DNA of 64,000 bases, taken from IMG/VR virus record IMGVR_UViG_3300028048_000138, positions 4,739 to 68,738 of that record; one strand, written 5' to 3'. Source of the stretch: a virus. Taxonomy: Duplodnaviria; Caudoviricetes. The position numbers were made by a program, and so were the translations under genes. Below the pieces are notes generated by a model. The model saw only the letters and a list, made by a program, of their open reading frames with translations, was not told the DNA's origin and searched no databases. This document shows positions 18,421-28,339 of the stretch, piece by piece. Each line of letters starts with the position of its first letter. Position 1 is the first letter of the stretch.

Positions 18421-21400
18421 TTATTTAATACGAGCTTTATCAATTAATCTCCAAAACCAACTTTTTGTTTTTGTCGCGGGTGTGTATGGAGTACCCGTTC
18501 TATTGCTATATGCAGGAACAACATTTGTCATATCCTTACCTGCCGAAATAGTAATACTGTATGTATATGGATCTTTATAAAGTGATGTTCTCAGGTCAAA
18601 TGAAATCGTCTTATTTATTGTCGGATTATCTGTATCGATAGTTCCCCATCCCGCATATTCAATAGCAATAGGAATCTGTAGCGTTTCACCAGGATTAATA
18701 GATTTCTTACTAAACGCTTCTTCAGGAGTCATAAATAATGTTTTTTCATCATATACAACAGGGTATACGTCCATAATAACACCTGAAATGTCTTGAGCTT
18801 GGGCTTGTTCCATCATGATGTAAGATTTATCCAATGACAACTTGCCTTTAATTTTCCATTGAATTCCGGAGTCATAATATTCTGTCCCGTCATAAGCATT
18901 CTTTATTCGGAAGGTAATAATCTGGTTTGTTCGCTGGAGTTTAAGTGTTTCACTATTATTTTCATATGTTTTATAATATACACCTTCTTCACTACTTTCC
19001 TCATGAACACAATATGAACTAGGATCAAATAAATGTTTCTGTAAAGTATTTAATTCTACGTCGGATTCACCCGGGAATAAAGAATATATATTAACTACTT
19101 TATCTGTGATATTAGTGATGTTTATAGCGGCTATGTTAGTAACATACGGCTTACTGACATTACCACCATCAACCTTTCCTTGCCACACGTAATTACCTAT
19201 ATTAATAAGAGGATTCGCTGTAGTGAGTAACGAAGAATCAAATTCAGATAGATCTTTCATAGTGGCTACACCCTTATTATAAGGACTAAGGACAATACTT
19301 GATGAATCACCATATTCAAATGTAACTTCAAGTTGTTCAGATATATCACCAGTAACCTCACCGAGAAGTGTAGCAATATTATTATTCATCTCCTGTAACT
19401 TTGCAGAAAGAGGAACAACGCGCCTATTATCCTCGGTGTAGAAGCCGCTCGCTATATTATCAGGATTATGGAAGTACGTCTTATCTTGATCAATAATAGC
19501 ATCGTCGACATGTTTGATTACTCCATGACCCTCGAGGATGGTTTCAAACCTACGGTTTTCAATGTCACTATTGTTTTCCTCAATCATATCCACTATATCA
19601 ACATCCTCGATAAGTTCTTCAGGGAAGGAAATAGAAAGCACATCACTCCAATTAGATGTAAGCTGTACAAACGGATATCCATAATCGTATACCACCCTCA
19701 CTTTAATATTAACAACCTCACCCTGTGTGATAGGAATATCGAATTGATTGAATGAAGGTTCATTTTTATTATCAATATTCTGTTCAAGAGCATATCCGTC
19801 ATCTGTTTTAACTGTAGGACGAAGCGGTGTTTTAAAGTCATTCCAATCGGAGAAAAGGAAGCTTTGTTCTCCTTCATTAAATGATGTTGCCTTTCCAACA
19901 GACTCAGCCCTTGGATTAACATACTGGTAACGGATCTGCACTCCTTTCACATGATCCCAAGTATCCTCACTAAATCCGGCTGCCATCCTACCTTCAAACG
20001 CTTCGTAATTAACAAACCCACGAATACGATATTTTGCTCTCTCAATAGGAATAGTTGCGTTCTGCGCGGTTTGAGATATAGCCTGCATATTACTATTCAA
20101 ACTATTAATAATGTCGTCTTTCTTCTTATTAAGTTCGGAAAGGGTATTCTCTGCAGTTTGACGGGTACCTGTGGTGTCTTGGAAATTCGTTGTAGATATG
20201 ATTTCCTGTTGATCATTAATTTTTGTTTGTATCTGTTCAAGCTGGGTTTTAAGAACTTGCTTAGATTTATACAGAGATTCAATGGTCTCCATAGCTTTAT
20301 TGTCACTAAGATGACCATTGATCTTAACAACCTTGTTTAATATTTCGTCTGTGTCAATCTTTGCGTCTTGTAAACGCTTAATATCATCATCTGAAAGTGA
20401 TGTTGTTGTAGAACGAGACATCACTGTAGACATCTCATTAAGTATATCTCCTATATTCTTACAATTCTTGTAGTAATCTTCATAATTAACATTATCTTCA
20501 TCCTTAAGTTTTCTTGTATCAACCATTACACCTGTACCCCAGGGGGCGCGAATATTCATACGACTATTAAGAGGAGCAATAGCTACATATATATATTGGT
20601 CTTCCTCGAGAGGAACCTTAACATATTGATCATCTTTAAACTCCTTATAGTTCATAAAGAACTTTAGTTTAGAAGAATCGGGTATATATGTGAGGTCATC
20701 ACCAACCCCAAGGATATTAGCAAATCCATTATAAACATTCCAAAGTTTTACTTCAAGTGTATTGTAATTCAGATCGTCAATAACAAATTTCGTCTTACCA
20801 TCCCAAGTAACAAGATAATCTCCCTTTTCTAAACGTTTTTCAATGGTTTGATCAAATAGTAAGTAGTTAAGACCCTTTTGATATCCTTCGGGTGCCTCCT
20901 CTCCGGCAAGTCTCACTGTGTAATATTGATTTAGATTATCATCAATTTCTTCTTTTACAACCTCTTTAATAATATAGTTGCCGAATCCTAATCCAGAACG
21001 GATAGGAAGCGATTTAACTGTATCATAATATATATAGTCTTTTCCTTCTTGTAGATTATTAAGTAACTTATAAAGATCTCCCCAATTCATCTGCATGGTT
21101 GTATTCTCACCAAGTTCATTAACAAATATCTCTTTAGCTGCATCAGAAATGGCGACAACCTTCCTCACGTCTACAGACACCACATCATTAGGAATACTTG
21201 ATGTATCAAATTTAAGATAAGGAACTGGTGTTAAGAAATCCTTAAATACATTATTTTCTTCATGATAAAATGTATCCTGATTACCCAATACTAATGAACT
21301 GGGTGCTTGTTCAAATTTTCTAACCTCAATTGAACGAGAGTCTCCATCAAATGCAAAATATGCTTCGGATGTCTCCGGTGCATTAACGAGATTCTCAAAA

Positions 21401-21585
21401 TCCATTTGTAGATTATTGAGTTTGTTTTCTAATGAAATAAACGATGGTATTACGTAAGTTGAACCATCGATAGTTACACTGATATTATTTTTATCAGTAT
21501 TAAACGAATCATTCAGTGCTTTTAATAACTGAACATTAGTATTCGTGAGTTTTGTTACTTGTGCAAGATAATCTGATATACCCAT
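18421..21585 (-). CDS. Large structural protein with central coiled coil
   Basis: More than 1000 aa in a tail operon; ATG 21585 lies 23 nt after a late-type motif. Confidence 0.5.
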   Translation of the reverse strand: MGISDYLAQVTKLTNTNVQLLKALNDSFNTDKNNISVTIDGSTYVIPSFISLENKLNNLQMDFENLVNAPETSEAYFAFDGDSRSIEVRKFEQAPSSLVLGNQDTFYHEENNVFKDFLTPVPYLKFDTSSIPNDVVSVDVRKVVAISDAAKEIFVNELGENTTMQMNWGDLYKLLNNLQEGKDYIYYDTVKSLPIRSGLGFGNYIIKEVVKEEIDDNLNQYYTVRLAGEEAPEGYQKGLNYLLFDQTIEKRLEKGDYLVTWDGKTKFVIDDLNYNTLEVKLWNVYNGFANILGVGDDLTYIPDSSKLKFFMNYKEFKDDQYVKVPLEEDQYIYVAIAPLNSRMNIRAPWGTGVMVDTRKLKDEDNVNYEDYYKNCKNIGDILNEMSTVMSRSTTTSLSDDDIKRLQDAKIDTDEILNKVVKINGHLSDNKAMETIESLYKSKQVLKTQLEQIQTKINDQQEIISTTNFQDTTGTRQTAENTLSELNKKKDDIINSLNSNMQAISQTAQNATIPIERAKYRIRGFVNYEAFEGRMAAGFSEDTWDHVKGVQIRYQYVNPRAESVGKATSFNEGEQSFLFSDWNDFKTPLRPTVKTDDGYALEQNIDNKNEPSFNQFDIPITQGEVVNIKVRVVYDYGYPFVQLTSNWSDVLSISFPEELIEDVDIVDMIEENNSDIENRRFETILEGHGVIKHVDDAIIDQDKTYFHNPDNIASGFYTEDNRRVVPLSAKLQEMNNNIATLLGEVTGDISEQLEVTFEYGDSSSIVLSPYNKGVATMKDLSEFDSSLLTTANPLINIGNYVWQGKVDGGNVSKPYVTNIAAINITNITDKVVNIYSLFPGESDVELNTLQKHLFDPSSYCVHEESSEEGVYYKTYENNSETLKLQRTNQIITFRIKNAYDGTEYYDSGIQWKIKGKLSLDKSYIMMEQAQAQDISGVIMDVYPVVYDEKTLFMTPEEAFSKKSINPGETLQIPIAIEYAGWGTIDTDNPTINKTISFDLRTSLYKDPYTYSITISAGKDMTNVVPAYSNRTGTPYTPATKTKSWFWRLIDKARIK

Positions 21586-21663
21586 TATTATACAACTTGA
21601 AATTAAACAAATAATAATGTATAAAAACAAACTCATTTATATTTTCGATATTATTATTTTGAT

Positions 21664-23721
21664 ATGAGTTATAGTATAAATATAGATAAATCAAAATATA
21701 ACGAACAAGGTTCTTCCCACATAAGGATGAATCGCGAGTATCTATTAAATAACCAGATTGCATCTGAGTTTAATACTTACCTCTCATTTGATATACATAG
21801 AACATTTAGTGATATTACCACTGAGAAAGAGAGAGCCGACGCTATAGGAAGGGCTGGAGATGACGGTCAGTTACAATATCAGGTGGGTGTATTAGGAGCG
21901 AAGTCATTATTTAATAGGTTTGGCTCTGTGATTATTGGTGGTGACCCAAAGAGTGGAGACCCAACGGACGCTATAGGAAGTGGTACTTCTTACGACCCTC
22001 TACACTCATCGGAATTGAGAATATCTCACAACGCCCCTCTCATTGATACTCCGGAAAATAGGCTCGCAATGAGAGATATTTCAAGAGATTGCTCCATAAA
22101 AAATCTTGTTGAAGACTCCAAACAAGGATTACTTGGACGTGCTATATACTCATATTCAGATTTCATGTATTGTAAATACCTAGGCAGAACATCGAACAAC
22201 TATCTTGTGACCTTGAGGAGATTTCCTACCCCTGTTGATGATTATATATCTTCTGCAGGTAGCGTGGAAACACGTAATATTAGGAACGCTCCAAATCCTG
22301 GTAGTACATCGGGGGATAAAGCCAGGATTAGTTCATCCAACCCACTTCCAATAGGTACTATGGTGACATGGATGAACACTCCGGGAAATAATCTTGAAGA
22401 GATATTAAAATATAATGTCAAGATGTCGTATAATGAGAAAAAGGCCGACTGGCAGCAGGCTGATGTGAATGCAGACTCCAGCTCAAAAGCACTCAACGCA
22501 CTAGCCGCCTTATCTGACTCTACATACAGGAAACAATATGCGGCTGGTTATGCGGGTGGCGCTATTAATCCTTATATGGAAAAATTCTTACCCCTCGGAT
22601 TAGGTAAAGATATGGATCCACCATATTCTAATATGTTTGGATATGTGGATAATAACCGAGTATATGGACCTGTTGATGCCATCAAAAAAGTGTATTATAG
22701 GGGCGAGGATGGATTGGATTTTGATCAATCATTCAAACTCACATTTGATTATGAACTTAGGAGTTATAATGGTATTAATGGTAAGGCAGCAATGCTTGAT
22801 TTAATATCAAATATTCTTCAAACAACATATAGTCCTGGTGACTTCTGGGGTGGTGGTTATCGTGGAGGTGGTGCACATCAAAACAATATATTCGCTAACC
22901 TGAATATTATGAAATGTAACGGAGGGCTTTCTGATTTCTGGAATGCTTTTACTCAGGATGCTTCGACGATCACAACAAAGATTGGTACTGCAGTGGAGAG
23001 GAATGGTGGTTTATTAGAGACGGCAAAGAAAGTACTTAATAGTCTCGGTGGTATGCTTGCCGGTGGTTTCTTAAATAAACTCGGCAGACCACAACGCTCT
23101 GGCGCATCATCATTACTTGTTAATGCTCCCACTGGGCTTTGGCACGTAACCATAGGTAATCCATATCATCCTATTATGTCATTAGGAAATATGGTATTAA
23201 CAAACACAACCATTACTCATTACGGACCACTTGGGCTTGATGACTTCCCTACAGGTATAAAAGTAGAATGTGAATTAACTCGCGGTATGCCCAGAGATCT
23301 TCGTGGTATACAAACTATATATATGAATGGCAACGATCGTATATATGCTACTATGGGCCCCGAAATATTTGATTTATATACTCATGCTAAACTTTATAGA
23401 AAAGAGAATACAACATCAGCTCAATTAAATCAAGAAAGGCAGAAGATACAAGCGGTTTCAAAAGAAGTTATAAAGATTACTAAAAAAGGGCAAAAAACAA
23501 AAAAAGAAAAAAATGGAAGCACCGTACCTGTACAAAATATTCAATCCGCTGAAGATATGCAAAAAGAACAAAAACAATGGCAGGCAATAAGAGATAAATT
23601 AGGTGATCATTTAAATACCTTACAAGATTTCTTTGGTACAAATGATATATATTCTATTTATCTTGCTTCTGCTGAACAGGAGTTTGGTGCATATAAAGCT
23701 AAGAAAAAGAAGAGCAGTTAA
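21664..23721 (+). CDS. Putative baseplate/tail-tube cap protein (gp48-like)
   Basis: Late-type motif; YELRSY and WHVTIGNP...LGNMVL tube-fold-like segments; precedes gp4. Confidence 0.35.
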   Translation: MSYSINIDKSKYNEQGSSHIRMNREYLLNNQIASEFNTYLSFDIHRTFSDITTEKERADAIGRAGDDGQLQYQVGVLGAKSLFNRFGSVIIGGDPKSGDPTDAIGSGTSYDPLHSSELRISHNAPLIDTPENRLAMRDISRDCSIKNLVEDSKQGLLGRAIYSYSDFMYCKYLGRTSNNYLVTLRRFPTPVDDYISSAGSVETRNIRNAPNPGSTSGDKARISSSNPLPIGTMVTWMNTPGNNLEEILKYNVKMSYNEKKADWQQADVNADSSSKALNALAALSDSTYRKQYAAGYAGGAINPYMEKFLPLGLGKDMDPPYSNMFGYVDNNRVYGPVDAIKKVYYRGEDGLDFDQSFKLTFDYELRSYNGINGKAAMLDLISNILQTTYSPGDFWGGGYRGGGAHQNNIFANLNIMKCNGGLSDFWNAFTQDASTITTKIGTAVERNGGLLETAKKVLNSLGGMLAGGFLNKLGRPQRSGASSLLVNAPTGLWHVTIGNPYHPIMSLGNMVLTNTTITHYGPLGLDDFPTGIKVECELTRGMPRDLRGIQTIYMNGNDRIYATMGPEIFDLYTHAKLYRKENTTSAQLNQERQKIQAVSKEVIKITKKGQKTKKEKNGSTVPVQNIQSAEDMQKEQKQWQAIRDKLGDHLNTLQDFFGTNDIYSIYLASAEQEFGAYKAKKKKSS

Positions 23722-24173
23722 TGAATATTAAAGAATTTAAACCATCCAAGTCTTCTCGCTACAGTCAAGGTTATATCAATGCAGGATCTTGCAAAAAGAT
23801 TTTTCCTCAGTTTGAGCATGATAAAGTGATATACCGATCCTCGTACGAGAAGACTTTTATTCATTGGTGTGAGAGTAGTCCAAAGATTAAACATTGGGCA
23901 AGTGAGTGTATATCAATACCTTACATGAATGCAGAGGATGGACAATGGCATCATTACTACCCCGATTTCTTTGTTGAGTACGTGGATGGCGGGTATGCTG
24001 TGATAGAAATAAAACCATCCTCTCAAACAAAACAACCAGTTAATGAAAACAGTTGGTTTGCGAGAGAATGGCGCAAAAACTTTTGTAAGTGGAAAGCTAC
24101 TAAGGAGTTCTGTGATGCTAAAGGTTGGGATTTTAAGATTCTTACAGAGAAAACTATTAATCAAATGTATTAA
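23721..24173 (+). CDS. Head completion nuclease, T4 gp4/TnsA-N-like
   Basis: YRSSYE, WASE.ISIPY, YYPDF and IEIKP motifs. Confidence 0.85.
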   Translation: MNIKEFKPSKSSRYSQGYINAGSCKKIFPQFEHDKVIYRSSYEKTFIHWCESSPKIKHWASECISIPYMNAEDGQWHHYYPDFFVEYVDGGYAVIEIKPSSQTKQPVNENSWFAREWRKNFCKWKATKEFCDAKGWDFKILTEKTINQMY

Positions 24174-24396
24174 TGTTGTCACATTTAAAATTTCCTTTGA
24201 GGAAATCATCAAGAACATCTTGCTCCCATCCACAACAATCAATTATATAAGACGCACATATCTCAATTGCTCGTTTAGTTTCTTGAGAGAAGTATTGTGT
24301 ATTTATGTCATTTTCTTTGCATATATCATATTGTTCTGCACCTCCACCCGCATAAGAAAAAAGAAGATTTTCAAAATAATGTTCTTCGTTACTCAT
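24157..24396 (-). CDS. Hypothetical protein
   Basis: 79-aa acidic ORF coupled to the upstream ORF by ATGA overlap. Confidence 0.5.
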   Translation of the reverse strand: MSNEEHYFENLLFSYAGGGAEQYDICKENDINTQYFSQETKRAIEICASYIIDCCGWEQDVLDDFLKGNFKCDNINTFD

Positions 24397-24557
24397 ACCT
24401 CAATCAAATCTAAATACACACAAATTGAAAGAATAGTGAGCCAAACAGGTGATACAACAATTGCCGCTAATACAATAAGAAGAGCGAGTGTAGTCAGCGC
24501 CGGCATCCCGAGTAAGAGAATAATCGAACCAAATAACTTTCCAAAAAACTTTTTCAT
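24393..24557 (-). CDS. Small membrane protein (54 aa, not in ORF track)
   Basis: MKKFFGKLFGSIILLLGMPALTTLALLIVLAAIVVSPVWLTILSICVYLDLIEV; ATGA overlaps at both ends. Confidence 0.6.
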   Translation of the reverse strand: MKKFFGKLFGSIILLLGMPALTTLALLIVLAAIVVSPVWLTILSICVYLDLIEV

Positions 24558-24679
24558 ATTTTCTTCGTATATCTATTTTGTTTAATTCTATCTATCACAA
24601 TCAACACCGCGATTGGTAGAACACATGCGATTATAACTCCAACAGATATCCACTGTAATGCATTAAATGTTAAAATCAT
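24554..24679 (-). CDS. Small membrane protein (41 aa, not in ORF track)
   Basis: MILTFNALQWISVGVIIACVLPIAVLIVIDRIKQNRYTKKI; one TM helix with a basic tail. Confidence 0.55.
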   Translation of the reverse strand: MILTFNALQWISVGVIIACVLPIAVLIVIDRIKQNRYTKKI

Positions 24680-24689
24680 ATTATATTAA

Positions 24690-25187
24690 TTAATTTTCCC
24701 TCTGTTTATCTCCCTGCCACTGTCCATCATAGAGTTTATCGTCATCCACCGGGTTACTCTCAAACACCAGGGCCTGCGCGATTCTAGCATAGGGTTCAAT
24801 AGAGATGGGAAGAATGACATGAAGGAAACAACCCATATTCTTCGTTTTAAATCCCCCATCAAACTGTCCGCTATGACAAATTGCACCACACCTCACAAGA
24901 CTTGACCTTGTCTTGATATGAAGGGTAGCGTCACGAGGAACATCACAACCCTGGGTAAACTCTACCTCGTAGTATCCAGGAGATAAAATATAAGACTTGT
25001 CATACTTATATGCTTCCGAAGTAGGAGGGATAATAGATTTACCATCTTCTGGAATAAATCCACCAGCCTTTTCGTTTACTGCACTGATTTTCTTAACCCT
25101 CAGGTCAACTCCCTGCTGCTGAACACATTTCTCATCAGCACCAATGACAATGCCTTTATTAATAATTTCTTTACCTGTTAACTGCAT
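24690..25187 (-). CDS. dut: Trimeric dUTPase/dCTP deaminase family protein
   Basis: QQGVDLRV, KTRSSLVRCG, DGGF, RIAQ and YDGQWQG motifs. Confidence 0.75.
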   Translation of the reverse strand: MQLTGKEIINKGIVIGADEKCVQQQGVDLRVKKISAVNEKAGGFIPEDGKSIIPPTSEAYKYDKSYILSPGYYEVEFTQGCDVPRDATLHIKTRSSLVRCGAICHSGQFDGGFKTKNMGCFLHVILPISIEPYARIAQALVFESNPVDDDKLYDGQWQGDKQREN

Positions 25188-25192
25188 AATAT

Positions 25193-26119
25193 CTATTCTA
25201 TTTTATTCACACAATATTTAATGACTCTCCCTGAATCGAGTGGGTCAATCAGTTTATATTCGTCCCAATCAATCCATTCGTTGTCCATTTTGATTTTTCC
25301 GGTGATGTCATATAATATATTTTTAATATATGTAGCGAAATGATTATCTATAGGATTATACATAATCTTCCCATTAAATCTTTCTGCAAGAATCTTTGCA
25401 AACCAATAACAACAACCATTTGTAAAAGTATCTATTGTTCCCGGATTCTGAAAATGTTTAATAAAATCACACACTTCAGGATCGCCATATACGGGAACGA
25501 ACGGAGATAATTTATGGTTTTTATCATATCTCCGAACATCAACTCCAAATTCATCAATTAACACTTCCCACTGAACACAAATACAGACGCCCATCCACTT
25601 CCTTCCATCTTTCTGTGAGAATGTTTTAATTAATTGATAATCATGACCTTCTTTACTTCTCACGAGTCGACGAATGCAATCTCGATTATCTGCAAATTCT
25701 TTTAATCCATCCCAACTCCACTCATTGGATAGACCCTTTACCATATCCTTAAAGTACCCGTTGTTAGTTACTTCGTAAAAGTAATCAGGAGTAACGTAAA
25801 GGATTATATCGGATTCATCATGAAGACCCCATCCTTCGGTTCGCCCATAGTAGTCACTCCAAAGCTCTATACACATATCTCCTGTCTCCCATGTTCTGAA
25901 TTTCTCGGAGTAGTTTAACCAGAATACATCAAGACCCGGCGCGTAGTACTCTACGGAACAGTCTATGCCTTTTTGCTGAAATATTCTTTGAGTGGGATCG
26001 TTATAATCATAACGTTTAATGCATGTTCCTCCTCTTGAACAATAGAACGCGTCCGCTCGAGGCTGATTACTCTGTTCAACTTTTAGTGATGTAGAAAAAT
26101 TATAATGATGATAACTCAT
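25193..26119 (-). CDS. Two-domain hypothetical protein
   Basis: N-terminal nuclease-like EK...D..IELWS region; C-terminal FTNGCCYWFA...NHF...YDITG module. Confidence 0.45.
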   Translation of the reverse strand: MSYHHYNFSTSLKVEQSNQPRADAFYCSRGGTCIKRYDYNDPTQRIFQQKGIDCSVEYYAPGLDVFWLNYSEKFRTWETGDMCIELWSDYYGRTEGWGLHDESDIILYVTPDYFYEVTNNGYFKDMVKGLSNEWSWDGLKEFADNRDCIRRLVRSKEGHDYQLIKTFSQKDGRKWMGVCICVQWEVLIDEFGVDVRRYDKNHKLSPFVPVYGDPEVCDFIKHFQNPGTIDTFTNGCCYWFAKILAERFNGKIMYNPIDNHFATYIKNILYDITGKIKMDNEWIDWDEYKLIDPLDSGRVIKYCVNKIE

Positions 26120-26130
26120 ACTTTAATATA

Positions 26131-27042
26131 TTAAAAATCGAATAAATTCATTTGAATACTTCCATCGGGGTTGAGTGTTTGATATCCAATAGCTTCAAGA
26201 ATTCTATTAAACGGATCAATCATATACTGTCGGAACATCTCATCTCGAGAGATAGGGGCGTACTGATCAGCCCACTTCGGATACTTACCTCTCTGGAACG
26301 CAAAATAACTAAGATCACTCTTGACTCCTGCACCCTTCGGACGGAACATATAAATCTTAAACTTACTTCCTCCGTACCAAGGATCTCCAGGAAGATTGTA
26401 TTTATTCCTTAACCAGTTATATGTCCCAAGCGCGCGAACATTACTCGGGCACTTCGGCGCTACCTGAAGAGTTTCTCCTGTATCGTTAAGGATATATTTT
26501 GTATATCCGTTAATACCGACACTCGCACATATATCTTCAATAGGAGTGGCAAAGAACTTCACTTTCTCCTCTTGCATCTTGATATTAAGTTTCTGTGTGA
26601 TAAACTGCTCATCTTCCTCTTCAAGAAGGTATCTCACCATCCTTTTAAGACCTTCACGTGCCGCTTTGGGAACACTAGATTTAATCATTTCAAGACCTTT
26701 TACCTTCAATGGAAGATTATCTGTGTCAAAAACCTTGCCGTCTTTCCAGAGAAGGAGCTGTGCGTAACGTTTCTTAACATCGAGACGAACCTCACTTAAA
26801 GAAATTGTCTCGAGTTCGAATGCATGAACCGATTTACCATGCATGCTATCATAGTAAGAATCAATAAATTCCTTATTATGTTGATCCATGAACTCGGTAT
26901 TAAATCTCACTAATATATTAAGTTGTTCCTCTAATGACATCTCCTCCCATCCTTCTATTGTTGAAAGAAGTCCTTCGTAGGAGATATAGAGGCTATCTGT
27001 ATCTCCCCCAGTTATGGCGACTAGTTGTTTTTCTTCTTGCAT
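26131..27042 (-). CDS. DNA polymerase family B, C-terminal fragment (motif C, thumb)
   Basis: GGDTDSLY, KKRYA and KVKGLE motifs; ends QMNLFDF. Confidence 0.9.
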   Translation of the reverse strand: MQEEKQLVAITGGDTDSLYISYEGLLSTIEGWEEMSLEEQLNILVRFNTEFMDQHNKEFIDSYYDSMHGKSVHAFELETISLSEVRLDVKKRYAQLLLWKDGKVFDTDNLPLKVKGLEMIKSSVPKAAREGLKRMVRYLLEEEDEQFITQKLNIKMQEEKVKFFATPIEDICASVGINGYTKYILNDTGETLQVAPKCPSNVRALGTYNWLRNKYNLPGDPWYGGSKFKIYMFRPKGAGVKSDLSYFAFQRGKYPKWADQYAPISRDEMFRQYMIDPFNRILEAIGYQTLNPDGSIQMNLFDF

Positions 27043-27043
27043 G

Positions 27044-28303
27044 TTAAAATATATTTAAAAGTCGACATTCGTTTATCAACACATTAAGATCTGTTGTAAA
27101 TACTTCACTCCAATTTAAGTTATGATCTTTAGCCCATTGACGTTTTTTAACATCTCTTTCAGTCCATGTATATATTGCGGTTTCATAAAATGAATGTTTA
27201 TCATTTTCATTTATTTTAGATTTCCATTTATTAAGCAAATCAATATCATTTGCATTGTTTTCATTATATGGACGGGGACCATGAACCCAACTGCCTTGTA
27301 TTTCTAAATATGAATTTGTTTTAGGAAAATAAAAATCACAATCAAATGGATAATTATCATCGTGGTGTTGATGATCAAATTCTATATTATTATCTATTAA
27401 CCATTGTTTAAAATCTTGTTCTATTTGAGAAGAACAAGAAGTTCCATTTTCTTTTTTAGTAATAAATATTTTATCAAGAATTTCTTTTGATTGTACTGGA
27501 TATTCTACTCCGTATTTTTTTAAATTAGTCTGTTTAATTTTTTCTTTTATTTCTTTCGCTGCAAAAACATTATCAACCCCATATTTTTTAAGATTGATTT
27601 CTTTTAATAATATTTTTATTTCTTCCGCTGCAAATGGATTATCAACTCCATAATGTTCTCTCCATGTTTGTATAGATTTTGACCTCACTTTGTCAGACCC
27701 CCAACCCCAATCACATCCATATTTTTCAAGATTTGTTTGTTTAATTTTTTCTACTGTGATAGGAGATGCCGTTCCCATCCCACCATATTTTTTGGTCATT
27801 GTTTGAATTTGCTTTTTGACAATGTTTTTATTTTGCGATGGAAATCTCACGCCGTAATGATTTTCGCAGGTATCTTGAGATTTTTTTAAGAATTCTTCTT
27901 TTTGTAATGCGCGTTTCACCCCATATCGTTTCATCATTGTTTTTTCAATTTTATCTCTTACTAATTTGGATTGACATGGATTTTCACACCCATATTTCGA
28001 AATATTAGTTTGTTTTCTTCGTTCTTCTACAACTGCGTCTTTTCTACTACAACTAACACAACAATATTTGTGGTATCCTTTTTTAAAATTTATATACGAA
28101 GTCGGTTTACCACATATTGGGCATTTTGGGTAATCATTTAAATTATGAAAATACCAATATAATCTCTCAGACATTTTTAAATTATCCGGATACCCACAAT
28201 TCATCAAATACTCATAAAATTCGGGCCATTTGCTTTTTACATTTTGAGAATTACAATGTCTACTATCTATGTCGTCTATTTTTGGAAATCTGTTTTTATC
28301 CAT
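27044..28303 (-). mobile_element. Free-standing putative homing endonuclease inserted in polB
   Basis: CPICG/YCCVSC Zn motifs; about 20-aa TNLxKYGV repeats; C-terminal CDFYF...EIQGSWVHG (Vsr/DUF559-like). Confidence 0.75.
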
Positions 28304-28339
28304 ATATAGTATTTATTAGTTATTTAATAAAAAATAACA

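Noticed and set aside
24043-24585. Long alternative-frame and antisense ORFs in the track (e.g. 13686..14303, 24043..24585, 29837..30385, 44095..44616, 50848..51540)
   Set aside because: They shadow better-supported genes on the opposite strand and lack motifs or promoter signals
27043-28339. Group I/II intron or intein in polB
   Set aside because: Only 36 nt and 1 nt flank the endonuclease ORF; an in-frame stop ends the 5' part and there are no intein termini. A core overlapping coding sequence cannot be fully excluded without a covariance search
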